Position numbers and translations under genes: made by a program
The notes under the pieces: generated by a model
The model's input: the letters and a program-made list of their open reading frames with translations, nothing else
Database searches by the model: none
What the model was told of the DNA's origin: nothing
IMG/VR virus record: IMGVR_UViG_3300025057_000003
Coordinates: 51,585 to 115,584 of that record
Source: a virus
Reading direction: 5' to 3' (one strand)
Length of the DNA: 64,000 nt
In this document: in pieces, positions 31,661-41,621 of the stretch
Layout: every line of letters begins with the position of its first letter
Numbering within the stretch: the first letter of the stretch is position 1

Positions 31661-33157
31661 ATGGCATATACAGCATTAAACTTAGGATATATACCAACAG
31701 CAGGTTATGAGTACACAGGTACTACAGATAGTAGTGCTGATTGGGCGAGTGTACCTAATGAAACTTATTTCTTTGATAAAACAGAGAGACAAGTTTATTA
31801 CAAAGATGTCAATGGTGGTGTATATGGTGCTTATGCAGGTGGTGAAGAAGGAGTATTAAATACATTTAATATATCATCTAGTCAGTGGAGTAGAACAGCT
31901 CCATTAACAAACTTACTTGATGGTCAAACTGCCAACGGTTTTACTTTTTTTAGAGATGATTTATACGCTAGTGAGTTGACATTGGGCACCCCAACTGGTT
32001 CTGGTTATACAATTGCCAATGATGTTCCTACTACTACTACTGGATCAGGAGATAATAATTTAACAGTAAATATTTTAGCTGTTGCAGGAGGGCGAATTAC
32101 CCAATTAGAAGTAGCTAATCCTGGATTTGGTTATACGTTACGTGATACAATTACAATAACTCAAGCTGGATCAACAAATGATCAAACAGCTACTATAACA
32201 GATGTAGCAAGTGATAAGTCTTTACCATCTGTAGCTATACTAACTATTGATAATCCTGGAACTGGTTATAGTACTGGTACAGCAATACAAGTATCTGGAG
32301 GTACTGGAGTTGGTTTATTAGTAAACATAGATTCTGTTGGTGGAAGTGGTGAGATTACCGGAGTATCAATTAATGATAAAGGTGACAGATATACAAATGG
32401 TGATTCAGTTACAGTAGAGTCTGGAAACCGTGATGCAACTTTAACTTTAACTTGTTATGAGGCAGGTACAACAGTATATGATCAGTACAATATAGCTTAT
32501 GGTCTTAGTGTTAGTTTAAGTGGTACAAGCGGAACGGCAAATATCCGTATTGGAGGGTCAGATTATTTAGCTACGTTCAATACTGATTTATTTACAACAG
32601 CACAAGATTGGGAAGATTTATATGGAGATACTTTAAGAGCTTTAAATATTAGATCTTTTGTTTTAGGAAGTGGTACAGATGCTAGAATAAGATTCTGTGC
32701 GCCAAGAGCTACATTATTAACTTTATCAATAGCTAATGTATCAGGAGACTTAAGTGGAACTATATTAAATGAATTTACTGGAGGGACACTTCCGCAACCT
32801 GATCATTTGTTAATACCTTATGTAGGCAAACCATACTTTGGTAAAAGAATACAGCATATTATCCGAGTAAACTTTAATGTAAATACAGGGCCTGTAAAAT
32901 ATGCAACTTTACAATTACGTAGATATGCAAATGACTCTGTGATTGGTAGTGGTATACCTGTTCAAAGATATGATAATACTTCTGGAATTACAGGACAGCA
33001 GCACAATTTTGTAACTTACACTGCAAGTCCTGTAGATAGTTTTGTATTAGGAGGTTTTTACTTTGCATTAGAAAATCAATCAGGTACAGATTGGGAAATT
33101 GAAGGTTCTGCTGGTATATTAGTTCAGAATACATTCTCCAACGAAACAAGTTTTTAA
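31661..33157 (+). CDS. Tail fibre / structural protein with NPGxGY repeats
   Basis: N-terminus homologous to that of the 28557 ORF; repeats ANPGFGY, DNPGTGY, DKGDRY. Confidence 0.7.
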   Translation: MAYTALNLGYIPTAGYEYTGTTDSSADWASVPNETYFFDKTERQVYYKDVNGGVYGAYAGGEEGVLNTFNISSSQWSRTAPLTNLLDGQTANGFTFFRDDLYASELTLGTPTGSGYTIANDVPTTTTGSGDNNLTVNILAVAGGRITQLEVANPGFGYTLRDTITITQAGSTNDQTATITDVASDKSLPSVAILTIDNPGTGYSTGTAIQVSGGTGVGLLVNIDSVGGSGEITGVSINDKGDRYTNGDSVTVESGNRDATLTLTCYEAGTTVYDQYNIAYGLSVSLSGTSGTANIRIGGSDYLATFNTDLFTTAQDWEDLYGDTLRALNIRSFVLGSGTDARIRFCAPRATLLTLSIANVSGDLSGTILNEFTGGTLPQPDHLLIPYVGKPYFGKRIQHIIRVNFNVNTGPVKYATLQLRRYANDSVIGSGIPVQRYDNTSGITGQQHNFVTYTASPVDSFVLGGFYFALENQSGTDWEIEGSAGILVQNTFSNETSF

Positions 33158-33163
33158 AGGTAC

Positions 33164-33189
33164 CCATCAGAACACCTTAACTGATGGGG
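33164..33189. terminator. Hairpin between the convergent late and middle blocks
   Basis: CCCATCAG-aacaccttaa-CTGATGGG immediately after the last + strand stop codon. Confidence 0.5.
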
Positions 33190-33242
33190 TTGGTTTACCT
33201 TTATTATGTACACAGAATTGGGTATGGTGTTTTTAAATTCCA

Positions 33243-33329
33243 CTAGGGCTGTGGATCCTTTCTACTAGCTACTAAGTAAATTAAAAGGATGGCAATTAAT
33301 GCCTTTAATATGAGCCCTAAGTCTATCAA
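33243..33329 (-). CDS. Single-TM micro-protein (28 aa, TTG start, not in ORF track)
   Basis: MIDLGLILKALIAILLIYLVASRKDPQP*; the start overlaps the TGA of the upstream gene (TTGA). Confidence 0.45.
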   Translation of the reverse strand: MIDLGLILKALIAILLIYLVASRKDPQP

Positions 33330-34207
33330 ATCTCAAAATCAAATTCATCATTAATCTCATCTTCATGAACATGAATGACTTCAGGGTTATTATCAACTCC
33401 ATATAATTGGGATGATAATTCATCTTCAGTAATTTCATCTTCAATCTGATCTTCTGTATTAACTGAATCTCTAGGAGTAACTCCCATTCCATTTAATACA
33501 TTAGCTACCATAAAGTCATGGAAGTTTTTTGTATCACTTAACCATGCTCTAGGATGAACTGATTTATACGAGTGTGTTACATGATTATAGAAAGCCCATG
33601 CATTCTCTTGATCACATTGGTAATCATATGATGGTTTTTCCATCTCATCTTTAACACAACTCATTTGTCTTGGACTAATAAGATCTTCATTAAAATACAT
33701 GCGTCCAAGTAATTGAGCTTGCTCTTTAAATGTTAGAGGAGTATTTCTTAGATTATCTCTATCATCTTTAATCCGGTCAAATGCTTTCTGAGCATTTTTA
33801 ATTTGACTTGATATCTGCATTTTAATTTCCTGATCTGCGGTACCTGTATGCTTTCTAGCATAATTCAGTTCTCCACAAACCATTCCATTACTACATGCAA
33901 ATACATGTGCTCCAATAGCACATTGGAATCTGATAGATTTATCATAAGAGTTTGTCCAGGCAAACATCATACCTATTTCATTGTCATCATGACCTGATAA
34001 AGGTTTTATATGATAAATACCTTGGGCTACTTCTCCACGATTATTAGCTCTATATAATTCATTTGTAACAATAAATCCACTATTAGCAAGCATTTGCTTA
34101 GTGGTATCAATTACAAATTTGTGTGATATAACCGTATACGTATCAGCATGTGATGGCAACGGTGCGTTTACTACAAAGTCTCTTGTTACTTCTATTTGAC
34201 TTTTCAT
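33326..34207 (-). CDS. DUF932/DUF945-like phage protein
   Basis: NSYDKSIRFQCAIGAHVFACSNG...RKHTG, AWAFYNHVT and an acidic tail. Confidence 0.75.
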   Translation of the reverse strand: MKSQIEVTRDFVVNAPLPSHADTYTVISHKFVIDTTKQMLANSGFIVTNELYRANNRGEVAQGIYHIKPLSGHDDNEIGMMFAWTNSYDKSIRFQCAIGAHVFACSNGMVCGELNYARKHTGTADQEIKMQISSQIKNAQKAFDRIKDDRDNLRNTPLTFKEQAQLLGRMYFNEDLISPRQMSCVKDEMEKPSYDYQCDQENAWAFYNHVTHSYKSVHPRAWLSDTKNFHDFMVANVLNGMGVTPRDSVNTEDQIEDEITEDELSSQLYGVDNNPEVIHVHEDEINDEFDFEI

Positions 34208-34226
34208 AAATTAAACTTTATAAGTG

Positions 34227-34258
34227 TAAATATATTAATAATGTTGGACTATTCCAAA
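34227..34258 (-). promoter_or_regulatory. Bacteroidota sigma-type promoter
   Basis: TTTG-N20-TATATTTA, ending 20 nt upstream of the ATG at 34207. Confidence 0.65.
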
Positions 34259-34341
34259 TTATACAATTATTAAAAACATAACAATCAAGCATATTATGCC
34301 GAATATTATAGCAGATAATATTGTATGAAGTTTATGATTCA

Positions 34342-36342
34342 TTAAAATAATTCTAATTGATTAATACTAGTATGTAATATTGAATTTATTTCAGATTCAA
34401 TAGCTTTAATATAATAAGCAAGATCAATATTATAATCTTCCCACTTGGGTTCTAACTTTATTTCATTGAATAAGGTTTGCATCCATCTTCCGGCTTCATT
34501 TTGTATTTCTCTTCCATCTTTATTATTAATCCTTAGTATTTTAACGCTTTTTTCACCATGTTTGGATATGAAGTATCTATTGATCTTTTGAAGATCTTCT
34601 TCTTTATATATACCGTTATTTGATGATATAGCTACTTGCTTCCAATCACCTTTTGATTTTTTACCTATACAGTAGTCAAGTATATTTTTATTCTTTGCAA
34701 GATAGTCTTCTGGTAAGACATCCTTAACAAAGTAATTATAAATAGCCTTTTTAACTACTAGTTTAGATTTATTCTTATGGAGTTGAAGTTCATGAAAATT
34801 AAATCTACCTTTTAACTTTACAGGAGCATACATAAAATCAGAACCTTTTACTTTAAATAAGTAATGTGGATTCTCTTCTTTTGCTTTTCTCCAGTTAGTT
34901 ATATCAACAGATTTAAAATCATTTACTGCAATGTAATTATTAACATCACCAAGAACAAGTCTTTGATATGTGTCATGCTCAAGATTTAGTTGAGTTAGAT
35001 CTTCCCACTGTTTGCAGATCTCTAAATATAGATCTTTTTTGTTTCTTGGAATTCTAATCTCTACACCATCTGTATTTTGCAATAAGCCAAATGCTTCTGG
35101 TATTGCGTCCAGTATCATATCATATAACATCATCAGACTAAGCTGACCATTGAGTGTTATACGCATGCATAGTTCAGGATCATAAAAGAAGCTATTCTCT
35201 TCATTGCTCAAACCAAATGTACTATTAAGTATAATTTTATATACATAGTTCATTGGATTAGACTTTGGGATTTTAACTCTCTCATTAAAGAACCATTCAT
35301 ACTGATCACAGAACTCTTCTTTTGGAAAGTGTGCGGGTGACCACTTATTCCGAATACATAGATTTGGATAGAAAGATGTAACATCCGAAGACATAATAAT
35401 ATGATCATCATCTGATTTATATACACCACTTTTTCTTGCACCGTGAATGCCACCTAATGCAAACGTTGTGTGTACACCTTTGTGTTCCATCTCATATCTA
35501 AACTGACCCTTAAGCCTCATTGCATCTAGCTCAAGAGATTTAAATCTTTCAAGAGCAGCTTTAAATTCAGGAGCATTAAACTTAATGTAAGGTAATATAA
35601 GATCTTTAACCTTAATTACATTTCTATAAGTCTTCATGTTCTTGATTTCCCCCGGGTTCATATCCAACTTCTTACCTAAATAATAAGCAAATAGTTCTTT
35701 AGCAATCTTTGGTTCAGAAGCACTAAATAGATTTATACCATATTGAGATGTAAGTTCTTTGCGTAACTTAATCTCTGATTTAGATCTATTAAATATTTCT
35801 TTAGTAGATGCAACATCATTAACACAATACTTAACTATTGTATCTAGCTCCTCTTGGGTTTTGATTTCTGTAGTATGATGTATAGGCATATCTAAAAGAT
35901 TTTCCCAATCCATACTATACTGAATCCATTTAAGGCTAGAACGTTTAGCTGGGTTGTCCCAGTGGTGTAACTTAAATAAATCAATCTGACCTATTTGTAT
36001 ATGCCACGGTGCAAATACTCCCCATTCTTTTTTATTTTGCCTAGCTATTGTGTCTTGAGCAAAGTCATAAATAATACCAGCTATGTCTTCAGCGCACATG
36101 CTATGCCACATATGGTAATTATTTAGTATATACTGAGTCACTTGAGCATCAAAAGCTAAACCATTATATGATATATGCCATTGCTTCTCATCTCTATTTG
36201 TATGTAAAAATTCTATGAAATCATCAAAATCATTTTGTAACTCATGTACTATAAATACTCTTTCCTCAGAGGTTTTATAATGCTGAAATACTGCTACAAA
36301 ACAATTTGATAATGTTTCATAATCCATTATGTAGTGATCCAT
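34342..36342 (-). CDS. polB: Family B DNA polymerase (crAss-type)
   Basis: Exonuclease motifs DYET, YNGLAFD and YCVND; polymerase motifs SDVTSFYP, KIILNSTFG and QNTDG. Confidence 0.92.
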   Translation of the reverse strand: MDHYIMDYETLSNCFVAVFQHYKTSEERVFIVHELQNDFDDFIEFLHTNRDEKQWHISYNGLAFDAQVTQYILNNYHMWHSMCAEDIAGIIYDFAQDTIARQNKKEWGVFAPWHIQIGQIDLFKLHHWDNPAKRSSLKWIQYSMDWENLLDMPIHHTTEIKTQEELDTIVKYCVNDVASTKEIFNRSKSEIKLRKELTSQYGINLFSASEPKIAKELFAYYLGKKLDMNPGEIKNMKTYRNVIKVKDLILPYIKFNAPEFKAALERFKSLELDAMRLKGQFRYEMEHKGVHTTFALGGIHGARKSGVYKSDDDHIIMSSDVTSFYPNLCIRNKWSPAHFPKEEFCDQYEWFFNERVKIPKSNPMNYVYKIILNSTFGLSNEENSFFYDPELCMRITLNGQLSLMMLYDMILDAIPEAFGLLQNTDGVEIRIPRNKKDLYLEICKQWEDLTQLNLEHDTYQRLVLGDVNNYIAVNDFKSVDITNWRKAKEENPHYLFKVKGSDFMYAPVKLKGRFNFHELQLHKNKSKLVVKKAIYNYFVKDVLPEDYLAKNKNILDYCIGKKSKGDWKQVAISSNNGIYKEEDLQKINRYFISKHGEKSVKILRINNKDGREIQNEAGRWMQTLFNEIKLEPKWEDYNIDLAYYIKAIESEINSILHTSINQLELF

Positions 36343-36357
36343 ACTAAAGTTTTAAGC

Positions 36358-36386
36358 AAAAAAAAAGAGGTTATAATACCTCTTTT
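36358..36386 (-). terminator. Intrinsic terminator
   Basis: AAAAGAGGT-N6-ACCTCTTTT stem followed by a long U-tract on the minus strand. Confidence 0.7.
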
Positions 36387-36405
36387 CTTTTTTATTTGAT
36401 ATAGT

Positions 36406-36831
36406 TTAAGCTGGCATGATAATGTTAGATATTTTAGTTTCCTTAGCATCAACATTCATAAAGTCTTTATAATTAAATGAGCCTGCATTAATTGCAAATA
36501 ATTCAATAAAGTTTTCAATCTCTTCTTTTTCTGTAATATAAAATTCAGAAAAAGTTTCAACCATAACTCTTTGTTCTTTCATTACCTTGCCAGTTTCGTT
36601 ATTAGGAAACTTTAATTTTTGAGGTTCACCATCATCATTTAATCTAGGCATCATGGTAAACGTTTGTTTTTTATTCTTGGAAATAACTACTATAATCCCG
36701 CTAGCAGGATCAAACATTGCTTCCACATATGGGCAGTCTTCACTGACTGCAATCATGTTAAATGATTTAACTCCTCTAAATGAAGAGGATATTAACATCA
36801 TGTTCTGACCAATTAGTTTTTTTACACTCAT
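36406..36831 (-). CDS. Hypothetical protein
   Basis: 141-aa ORF, TAATG-coupled to the upstream gene. Confidence 0.75.
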   Translation of the reverse strand: MSVKKLIGQNMMLISSSFRGVKSFNMIAVSEDCPYVEAMFDPASGIIVVISKNKKQTFTMMPRLNDDGEPQKLKFPNNETGKVMKEQRVMVETFSEFYITEKEEIENFIELFAINAGSFNYKDFMNVDAKETKISNIIMPA

Positions 36832-37412
36832 TAATTATTTTTTTCTAAAGATATAGAATTATTGTGTAATAAAGCAAACTCATCTGGAATTTTTTCAAAT
36901 AGTGTTTCTTTTTCTAGATCAGGAGGTGTGCATAGTTCATGTGTTTCCTTTATAATATCTAAGCTTACATCTAATGCTTCTGCATATGTTTCATGATGTT
37001 CACTTGGATCCAGGTAAGATTGTATATACTTACTTATTCTACCAACCTTACCAAAGTATTTTAATATCTTATGTTTTGTTTTAACTGAAAATTTAGAGTA
37101 ATGTCCTTTTACGAACATATCAAAGTCATGCTCATATTTAGAATAGTCAAAAATGTAAATTTGCTTGTCCTTCATTCTTTCTTTATGATCTAACAATGGA
37201 TGTGAATCCAAATGTCTTCTCTCAAAATTTCTGAACTTTAAGTTTGCATTTGTATGATAAATACAGATATACCTATAGTCATGTGGCTGATAAAGACCAT
37301 CCCAGCAGATATATGTTTCTACTGGGACGTAATCTTCACCTTTCCTTATGTCTAATAAAGGATACAAAAAAATCTTTGATTTTTGAAAATACTGCATATA
37401 AGCCTGAGTCAT
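36831..37412 (-). CDS. Hypothetical protein of the replication module
   Basis: 193-aa ORF tightly packed next to the exonuclease gene. Confidence 0.75.
   Translation of the reverse strand: MTQAYMQYFQKSKIFLYPLLDIRKGEDYVPVETYICWDGLYQPHDYRYICIYHTNANLKFRNFERRHLDSHPLLDHKERMKDKQIYIFDYSKYEHDFDMFVKGHYSKFSVKTKHKILKYFGKVGRISKYIQSYLDPSEHHETYAEALDVSLDIIKETHELCTPPDLEKETLFEKIPDEFALLHNNSISLEKNN
36846..36878 (-). promoter_or_regulatory. Internal Bacteroidota sigma-type promoter
   Basis: TTTG-N21-TATCTTTA inside the 3' end of the upstream CDS, ending 15 nt before the ATG at 36831. Confidence 0.55.
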
Positions 37413-37413
37413 A

Positions 37414-38400
37414 TTATAATTTTATTTTATTTGTTGCAAAATTATAAGGAAGGCTATAATCTTTCTCATTATAATGGTACTCAGCTACGTTCAATGCATC
37501 GGTTAACATAAAAGCCCATCCTCTCATAGTATCATCAAGAACTTCAAAAATGTAAACTTGATTATACTTGTCTATTACAACAAACTTAAACAAAATTTTG
37601 TAATCATCACGTATTTTTTCATCTAAATTTTCATATACAAGTTTAAAATATATTGCAGCCTGCAAGTAATATTTATAATACTCAACAGTCTCCTCAAACT
37701 CAACTATAGTCTTAGATGTAGTCTTGAGATCACAAATTGTGACAGTTTTATTTTCATGGTCTATTTTATAGAAATCTACGTAGCCGTGTAAGCCAAACTT
37801 TTTTTGTTTAAGTGTACACTTTAAATATTTTTCCACATATCTTTCTTCTGAATCTAACTCAAAGTCAGTCTCATTATTTGTAAATAGTTCCTTCACATCA
37901 GCGTGTGAGTTTAAAATATCCACGTAGTCATTGCAACGAGCAAGGGTATCTTGGTCAATAACATCCACAGTTTTATTGAGAATAAATTTCCAATATGTTT
38001 CATAATCATCAATTTTAATTTTAGCAATTCTTTGTTCATCAGTCTTAAGTGACTGATGCAAATTCACTTCTTTCAGAACATCTATTATTAGTTCATCATT
38101 AATATCTTCTAACTTTGCAGCATCTGTTTTCTCAGATAGTATGTGTAATACTTTTCTTACACTATCTGTAGGAGTTTTACCTGGTACAATCTTAAATTTC
38201 TTTTCAAGATTTTCAGGTTCTAGCAATAAGCAATGAACAAGCTTACCTTCAACTAGATGTTTGTCAGTACGGATCTCACGGTCCTGTAATATATACTCCT
38301 TATAAAATATAGAAGGAGAGAATAATAATTTATTTATAGAGGAGTAGCTAAAGTTAAAGTCTTTAGCATAGAACTCCTCTTCTTTTTGTTTGTCAATCAT
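37414..38400 (-). CDS. PD-(D/E)xK exonuclease (RecE/ExoVIII/Cas4-like)
   Basis: FSYSSIN, GKLVHCLLLE, GYVDFY...ICDLKTT and YYLQAAIY motifs. Confidence 0.85.
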   Translation of the reverse strand: MIDKQKEEEFYAKDFNFSYSSINKLLFSPSIFYKEYILQDREIRTDKHLVEGKLVHCLLLEPENLEKKFKIVPGKTPTDSVRKVLHILSEKTDAAKLEDINDELIIDVLKEVNLHQSLKTDEQRIAKIKIDDYETYWKFILNKTVDVIDQDTLARCNDYVDILNSHADVKELFTNNETDFELDSEERYVEKYLKCTLKQKKFGLHGYVDFYKIDHENKTVTICDLKTTSKTIVEFEETVEYYKYYLQAAIYFKLVYENLDEKIRDDYKILFKFVVIDKYNQVYIFEVLDDTMRGWAFMLTDALNVAEYHYNEKDYSLPYNFATNKIKL

Positions 38401-38403
38401 ACT

Positions 38404-39237
38404 TTAAAATATATATCTAATTGTATCAATATTAAAATAGGCTGAATATAAAAACTTCCAATGATCAAGATATGCTTCTTTATCTTTAAGCGGATATCTC
38501 ATTACACCAGATTCATTCTTTACTTCACATGAAGCAGCCATTAACTTCTGTGCTTGTTCTGATGCTTTAGCCATCTGATTAGCGTGATTAGTTAATGCAA
38601 TAACTTCACACTTATTCTCACCGGCTATAGCTCTAACCATTTTAAATAGATCAGAATAACGTTCTGACCATTTATAATCAAATACCACAGGACTGTAGTT
38701 TATATGAACTTCCCATCCTAATTTCTTAAGACGGTTAATATCATGTATCCTATCTTCTATCTTTTGCATTTTAGGTTCAAGAACATCAGCAAAAATCTGA
38801 GGCATTAGACTAACTCTAACTCTAGGCTTCTTATTAAAATGATTAACATCTAAATTTAACAAACCTGGATACTTAGTAGCCATGGTTGTATTAAGTCTTG
38901 GATGATCATCATATCTTTTAAGATAGTCTATCAATGGTTCTGGTGTATGTTTTTGCATCAATACTAAATCAGTATTACATGCAATATCCACCATAGTATA
39001 TATAGGGTCTTGTTGATCAGGTACCTTAGTAAAGCCCTCTTCCCATTTAACAACCGAATTAAATATGTCATCTACATTTGTATTTACAAAGACTCTTGTA
39101 CCGTTATACCGGGACATGTAACAATAAGTATTTACACAGCCACCAAAGCATCCGTAGATTAAATTGGGAGCTATGCAATTAGCACTATTGTTATTGTTCT
39201 TTGTTGTTAGAGTCTTTGTCTTCTGTTCTTTGATCAT
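38404..39237 (-). CDS. Spore photoproduct lyase-like radical SAM protein
   Basis: IAPNLIYGCFGGCVNTYCYM cysteine cluster, DIACNTD, ATKY, RVRVSLMP, GWEVHINYSPV and C-terminal MRYP...IRYIF, all typical of SplB-like proteins. Confidence 0.85.
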   Translation of the reverse strand: MIKEQKTKTLTTKNNNNSANCIAPNLIYGCFGGCVNTYCYMSRYNGTRVFVNTNVDDIFNSVVKWEEGFTKVPDQQDPIYTMVDIACNTDLVLMQKHTPEPLIDYLKRYDDHPRLNTTMATKYPGLLNLDVNHFNKKPRVRVSLMPQIFADVLEPKMQKIEDRIHDINRLKKLGWEVHINYSPVVFDYKWSERYSDLFKMVRAIAGENKCEVIALTNHANQMAKASEQAQKLMAASCEVKNESGVMRYPLKDKEAYLDHWKFLYSAYFNIDTIRYIF

Positions 39238-39376
39238 AGATTCTTTTTAATCTTTCTGGTAGTACAACTCCATAGTTACACTTATCACAGCATCTGCCAT
39301 CATTTACAGGCTCAGCATTATGCCCAATGGGCTCAAAGTTTTTGCCACATATACTACAAATATATTCTTTATCCAT
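39191..39376 (-). CDS. Small Zn-finger protein
   Basis: CSIC...HNAEPV..GRCCDKC. Confidence 0.7.
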   Translation of the reverse strand: MDKEYICSICGKNFEPIGHNAEPVNDGRCCDKCNYGVVLPERLKRIYDQRTEDKDSNNKEQ

Positions 39377-39396
39377 ACATCTAACTTTAGTTTAGT

Positions 39397-39431
39397 AAAA
39401 AAAGGGGTGGTGTGCAGACGTTCTGCACACC
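39397..39431 (-). terminator. Intrinsic terminator ending the MoxR-vWA operon
   Basis: GGTGTGCAGA-acg-TCTGCACACC stem, then ACCCC and a 7-U tract. Confidence 0.7.
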
Positions 39432-39455
39432 ATTTCTAATCAATTATGGCTACCC

Positions 39456-40607
39456 CTAAAACGGTAAGTCTTCAGTATATTCAGACTTCAGTTTTAAATC
39501 TTTAGGTCTTATATCAAATACAGACTCAGAGTTTGTAAGGCCTACATGACTCAATATAGTCTTGCACATTTTATTAGATATTGCACCTACAGCAAAAGGA
39601 GTTAAACAACCTTTTACATGCAAAGCTCTAACTAACATATTAAAACCATATCCATTATTACCCTCAACATAAGGAATATCTACTAATTGTTTCCTTAATG
39701 ATTTTACATTTACACTATTCCAGTTTCTTGCATTACCAAGTAACTCTTTATAGAATGCAAATATTAAAGCCAATTTATCAAATGATTTTTCAATATTGCA
39801 ATTAGCCATCATTTCTAAAGCTAAAGCTATACTATCTCTATCACCAGATTTAATCATCTGAGATATAGATTTGCATTCTTCTGGCGTAAGAACAACCGAA
39901 TCTTCATTACAATAGTTTATAAGATCAGTATCTTTAACTAACTTATCAGGGTTATTTATTAAATAAGTTAAATTTTCAGAGTGTGTAACTAACCAAAATT
40001 CATGACCTTTATCTCTAAGTTTATCATGTCTATCACTAAAAGCATCTCTAACAGTATGATTAAAGCCATAAGGTATTCTATTATCAATAAAAATAAAACC
40101 ATCTTTATTTATAACATGATCAACAAAGTGACAGATTTTATCATATATAGTTTCAGAAACATAAGCTTTTATTTTAGGTAGATATACTTCTTTTATATCT
40201 GATCCTGAGTAAAAGCTATGCCAGTTATATTCAGTTAAACTTTCAAAATATTTATCTGATGTAATAATATAATCTGCTTTATCCATATCTCTTACAACTT
40301 TTATATTATACTTATCTTTTAAAAGTTGCAATTTAACTTGCGGCAATGCTAATTTTGGAGTTCTATAGAAACTTGTATCTTGTAAATTGTTTTTATCAAA
40401 CTTAGGTATACTAAATGCTGGATTAGATCTTCTACCGTTAGAAATAGAACTTAGACCCCCAATATATGAGTAGTCTTCATTAGATCCTACATGATAATTT
40501 TTATGTTTATTTACAAAGGTAATGGCATCTTCATCAACTAAAACAGATTTTACCCACGATGAATCAGTTGGGTAAATGCTTAATGTATATAATTTTTCTA
40601 TTTTCAT
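39456..40607 (-). CDS. BRCT-like domain protein, paralog 1 (MoxR operon)
   Basis: LPQVKLQLLKDKYNIKVVRDMDKADYII segment plus helical motif ISQMIKSGDRDSIALALEMMANCN. Confidence 0.6.
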   Translation of the reverse strand: MKIEKLYTLSIYPTDSSWVKSVLVDEDAITFVNKHKNYHVGSNEDYSYIGGLSSISNGRRSNPAFSIPKFDKNNLQDTSFYRTPKLALPQVKLQLLKDKYNIKVVRDMDKADYIITSDKYFESLTEYNWHSFYSGSDIKEVYLPKIKAYVSETIYDKICHFVDHVINKDGFIFIDNRIPYGFNHTVRDAFSDRHDKLRDKGHEFWLVTHSENLTYLINNPDKLVKDTDLINYCNEDSVVLTPEECKSISQMIKSGDRDSIALALEMMANCNIEKSFDKLALIFAFYKELLGNARNWNSVNVKSLRKQLVDIPYVEGNNGYGFNMLVRALHVKGCLTPFAVGAISNKMCKTILSHVGLTNSESVFDIRPKDLKLKSEYTEDLPF

Positions 40608-41620
40608 TTTAAGTACTTTTTATATTCTGGTTTTACACTCACTTTAAACGTATAAAGATTGCGGTTATGAATTGAAATATCTTTTCTAACTATTTTCTCT
40701 AAATATTTAAATGATTCAGTGTCTAATCTATTTTCTACTTCCAACTGTAGAATCATATCTTCAGCTGAATTATGATATAATTTACTTAGATCTGATTGTT
40801 CCTCCCAAAACTGTACATCTTTATCTCTACTAAACTTATGTATATAAGAATATATATTTTGAGCCAATTGCCACATTAAATGTGGTTTCTTTGTATAGTT
40901 TATTGTAGGAAGAATCTTAGCTGCTACAGCTATGTTCTCTTCATCATATGAATTTACCCACTGCGTTATTTCATTAAGAAGGTCTTCAGTTAGATCTATT
41001 AGATTTGCAGAAGCATGTAACAATGTTTCACCACCGATTACTTTTAATTCACCTATATCTATAAGATATGCTATGTTTAAAGCTAAGGCTGAAATACCCC
41101 ACTCATCAATGAGAGTTGTTTGTCCAGAACAGTTATATGAACTTATTCTTCCTTCAAGTTTCTCATCATAAATTACAGCTTTATCATGATTATCTATCAT
41201 ATGATGACCTCCGGTAAATGCTTCATAATTCCAAAGCCTGTACATCATTACAGTAGATTGAATTTTTTCTCCATGTTCAAATCTTTGAAAAAATTCATCA
41301 TGTGTAATAATTACATCTGCTTTTTCATAATCATTAGTAATTGTTAAACCTTTTTCTTTAGCTACAGCTTTTAATCTATCCTGTGTTATTGGAGATCTTG
41401 GTAGTATAAAAGCCCTCTTATAGTTATTAAGAGCTGTTGGTTTTATATTCTGTATAGAAAGCATATTTTTAATGTTCTCATATCTAGTTTCATCTTGTGT
41501 TATAAGCACATCAGACACTTCAAAATCAGATGAAAGAACCCCATAAAGGGGCTCTTTATCCAATTTAAAATGATCTAGTGCATCTTGATTGTATTCTTGA
41601 TATACACTCTTATTTGCCAT
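40604..41620 (-). CDS. BRCT-like domain protein, paralog 2 (MoxR operon)
   Basis: ITQDRLKAVAKEKGLTITNDYEKADVII segment plus ITQWVNSYDEENIAVAAKILPTIN. Confidence 0.6.
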   Translation of the reverse strand: MANKSVYQEYNQDALDHFKLDKEPLYGVLSSDFEVSDVLITQDETRYENIKNMLSIQNIKPTALNNYKRAFILPRSPITQDRLKAVAKEKGLTITNDYEKADVIITHDEFFQRFEHGEKIQSTVMMYRLWNYEAFTGGHHMIDNHDKAVIYDEKLEGRISSYNCSGQTTLIDEWGISALALNIAYLIDIGELKVIGGETLLHASANLIDLTEDLLNEITQWVNSYDEENIAVAAKILPTINYTKKPHLMWQLAQNIYSYIHKFSRDKDVQFWEEQSDLSKLYHNSAEDMILQLEVENRLDTESFKYLEKIVRKDISIHNRNLYTFKVSVKPEYKKYLK

Positions 41621-41621
41621 A

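Noticed and set aside
26692-33157. Diversity-generating retroelement acting on the tail fibres
   Set aside because: No reverse transcriptase and no near-identical TR/VR pair with adenine-specific mismatches were seen. The shared modules are diverged at all base types.
37414-38400. Cas4 as part of a CRISPR-Cas system
   Set aside because: It lacks the Fe-S cysteine set and any cas neighbours. Its context is phage recombination and replication.
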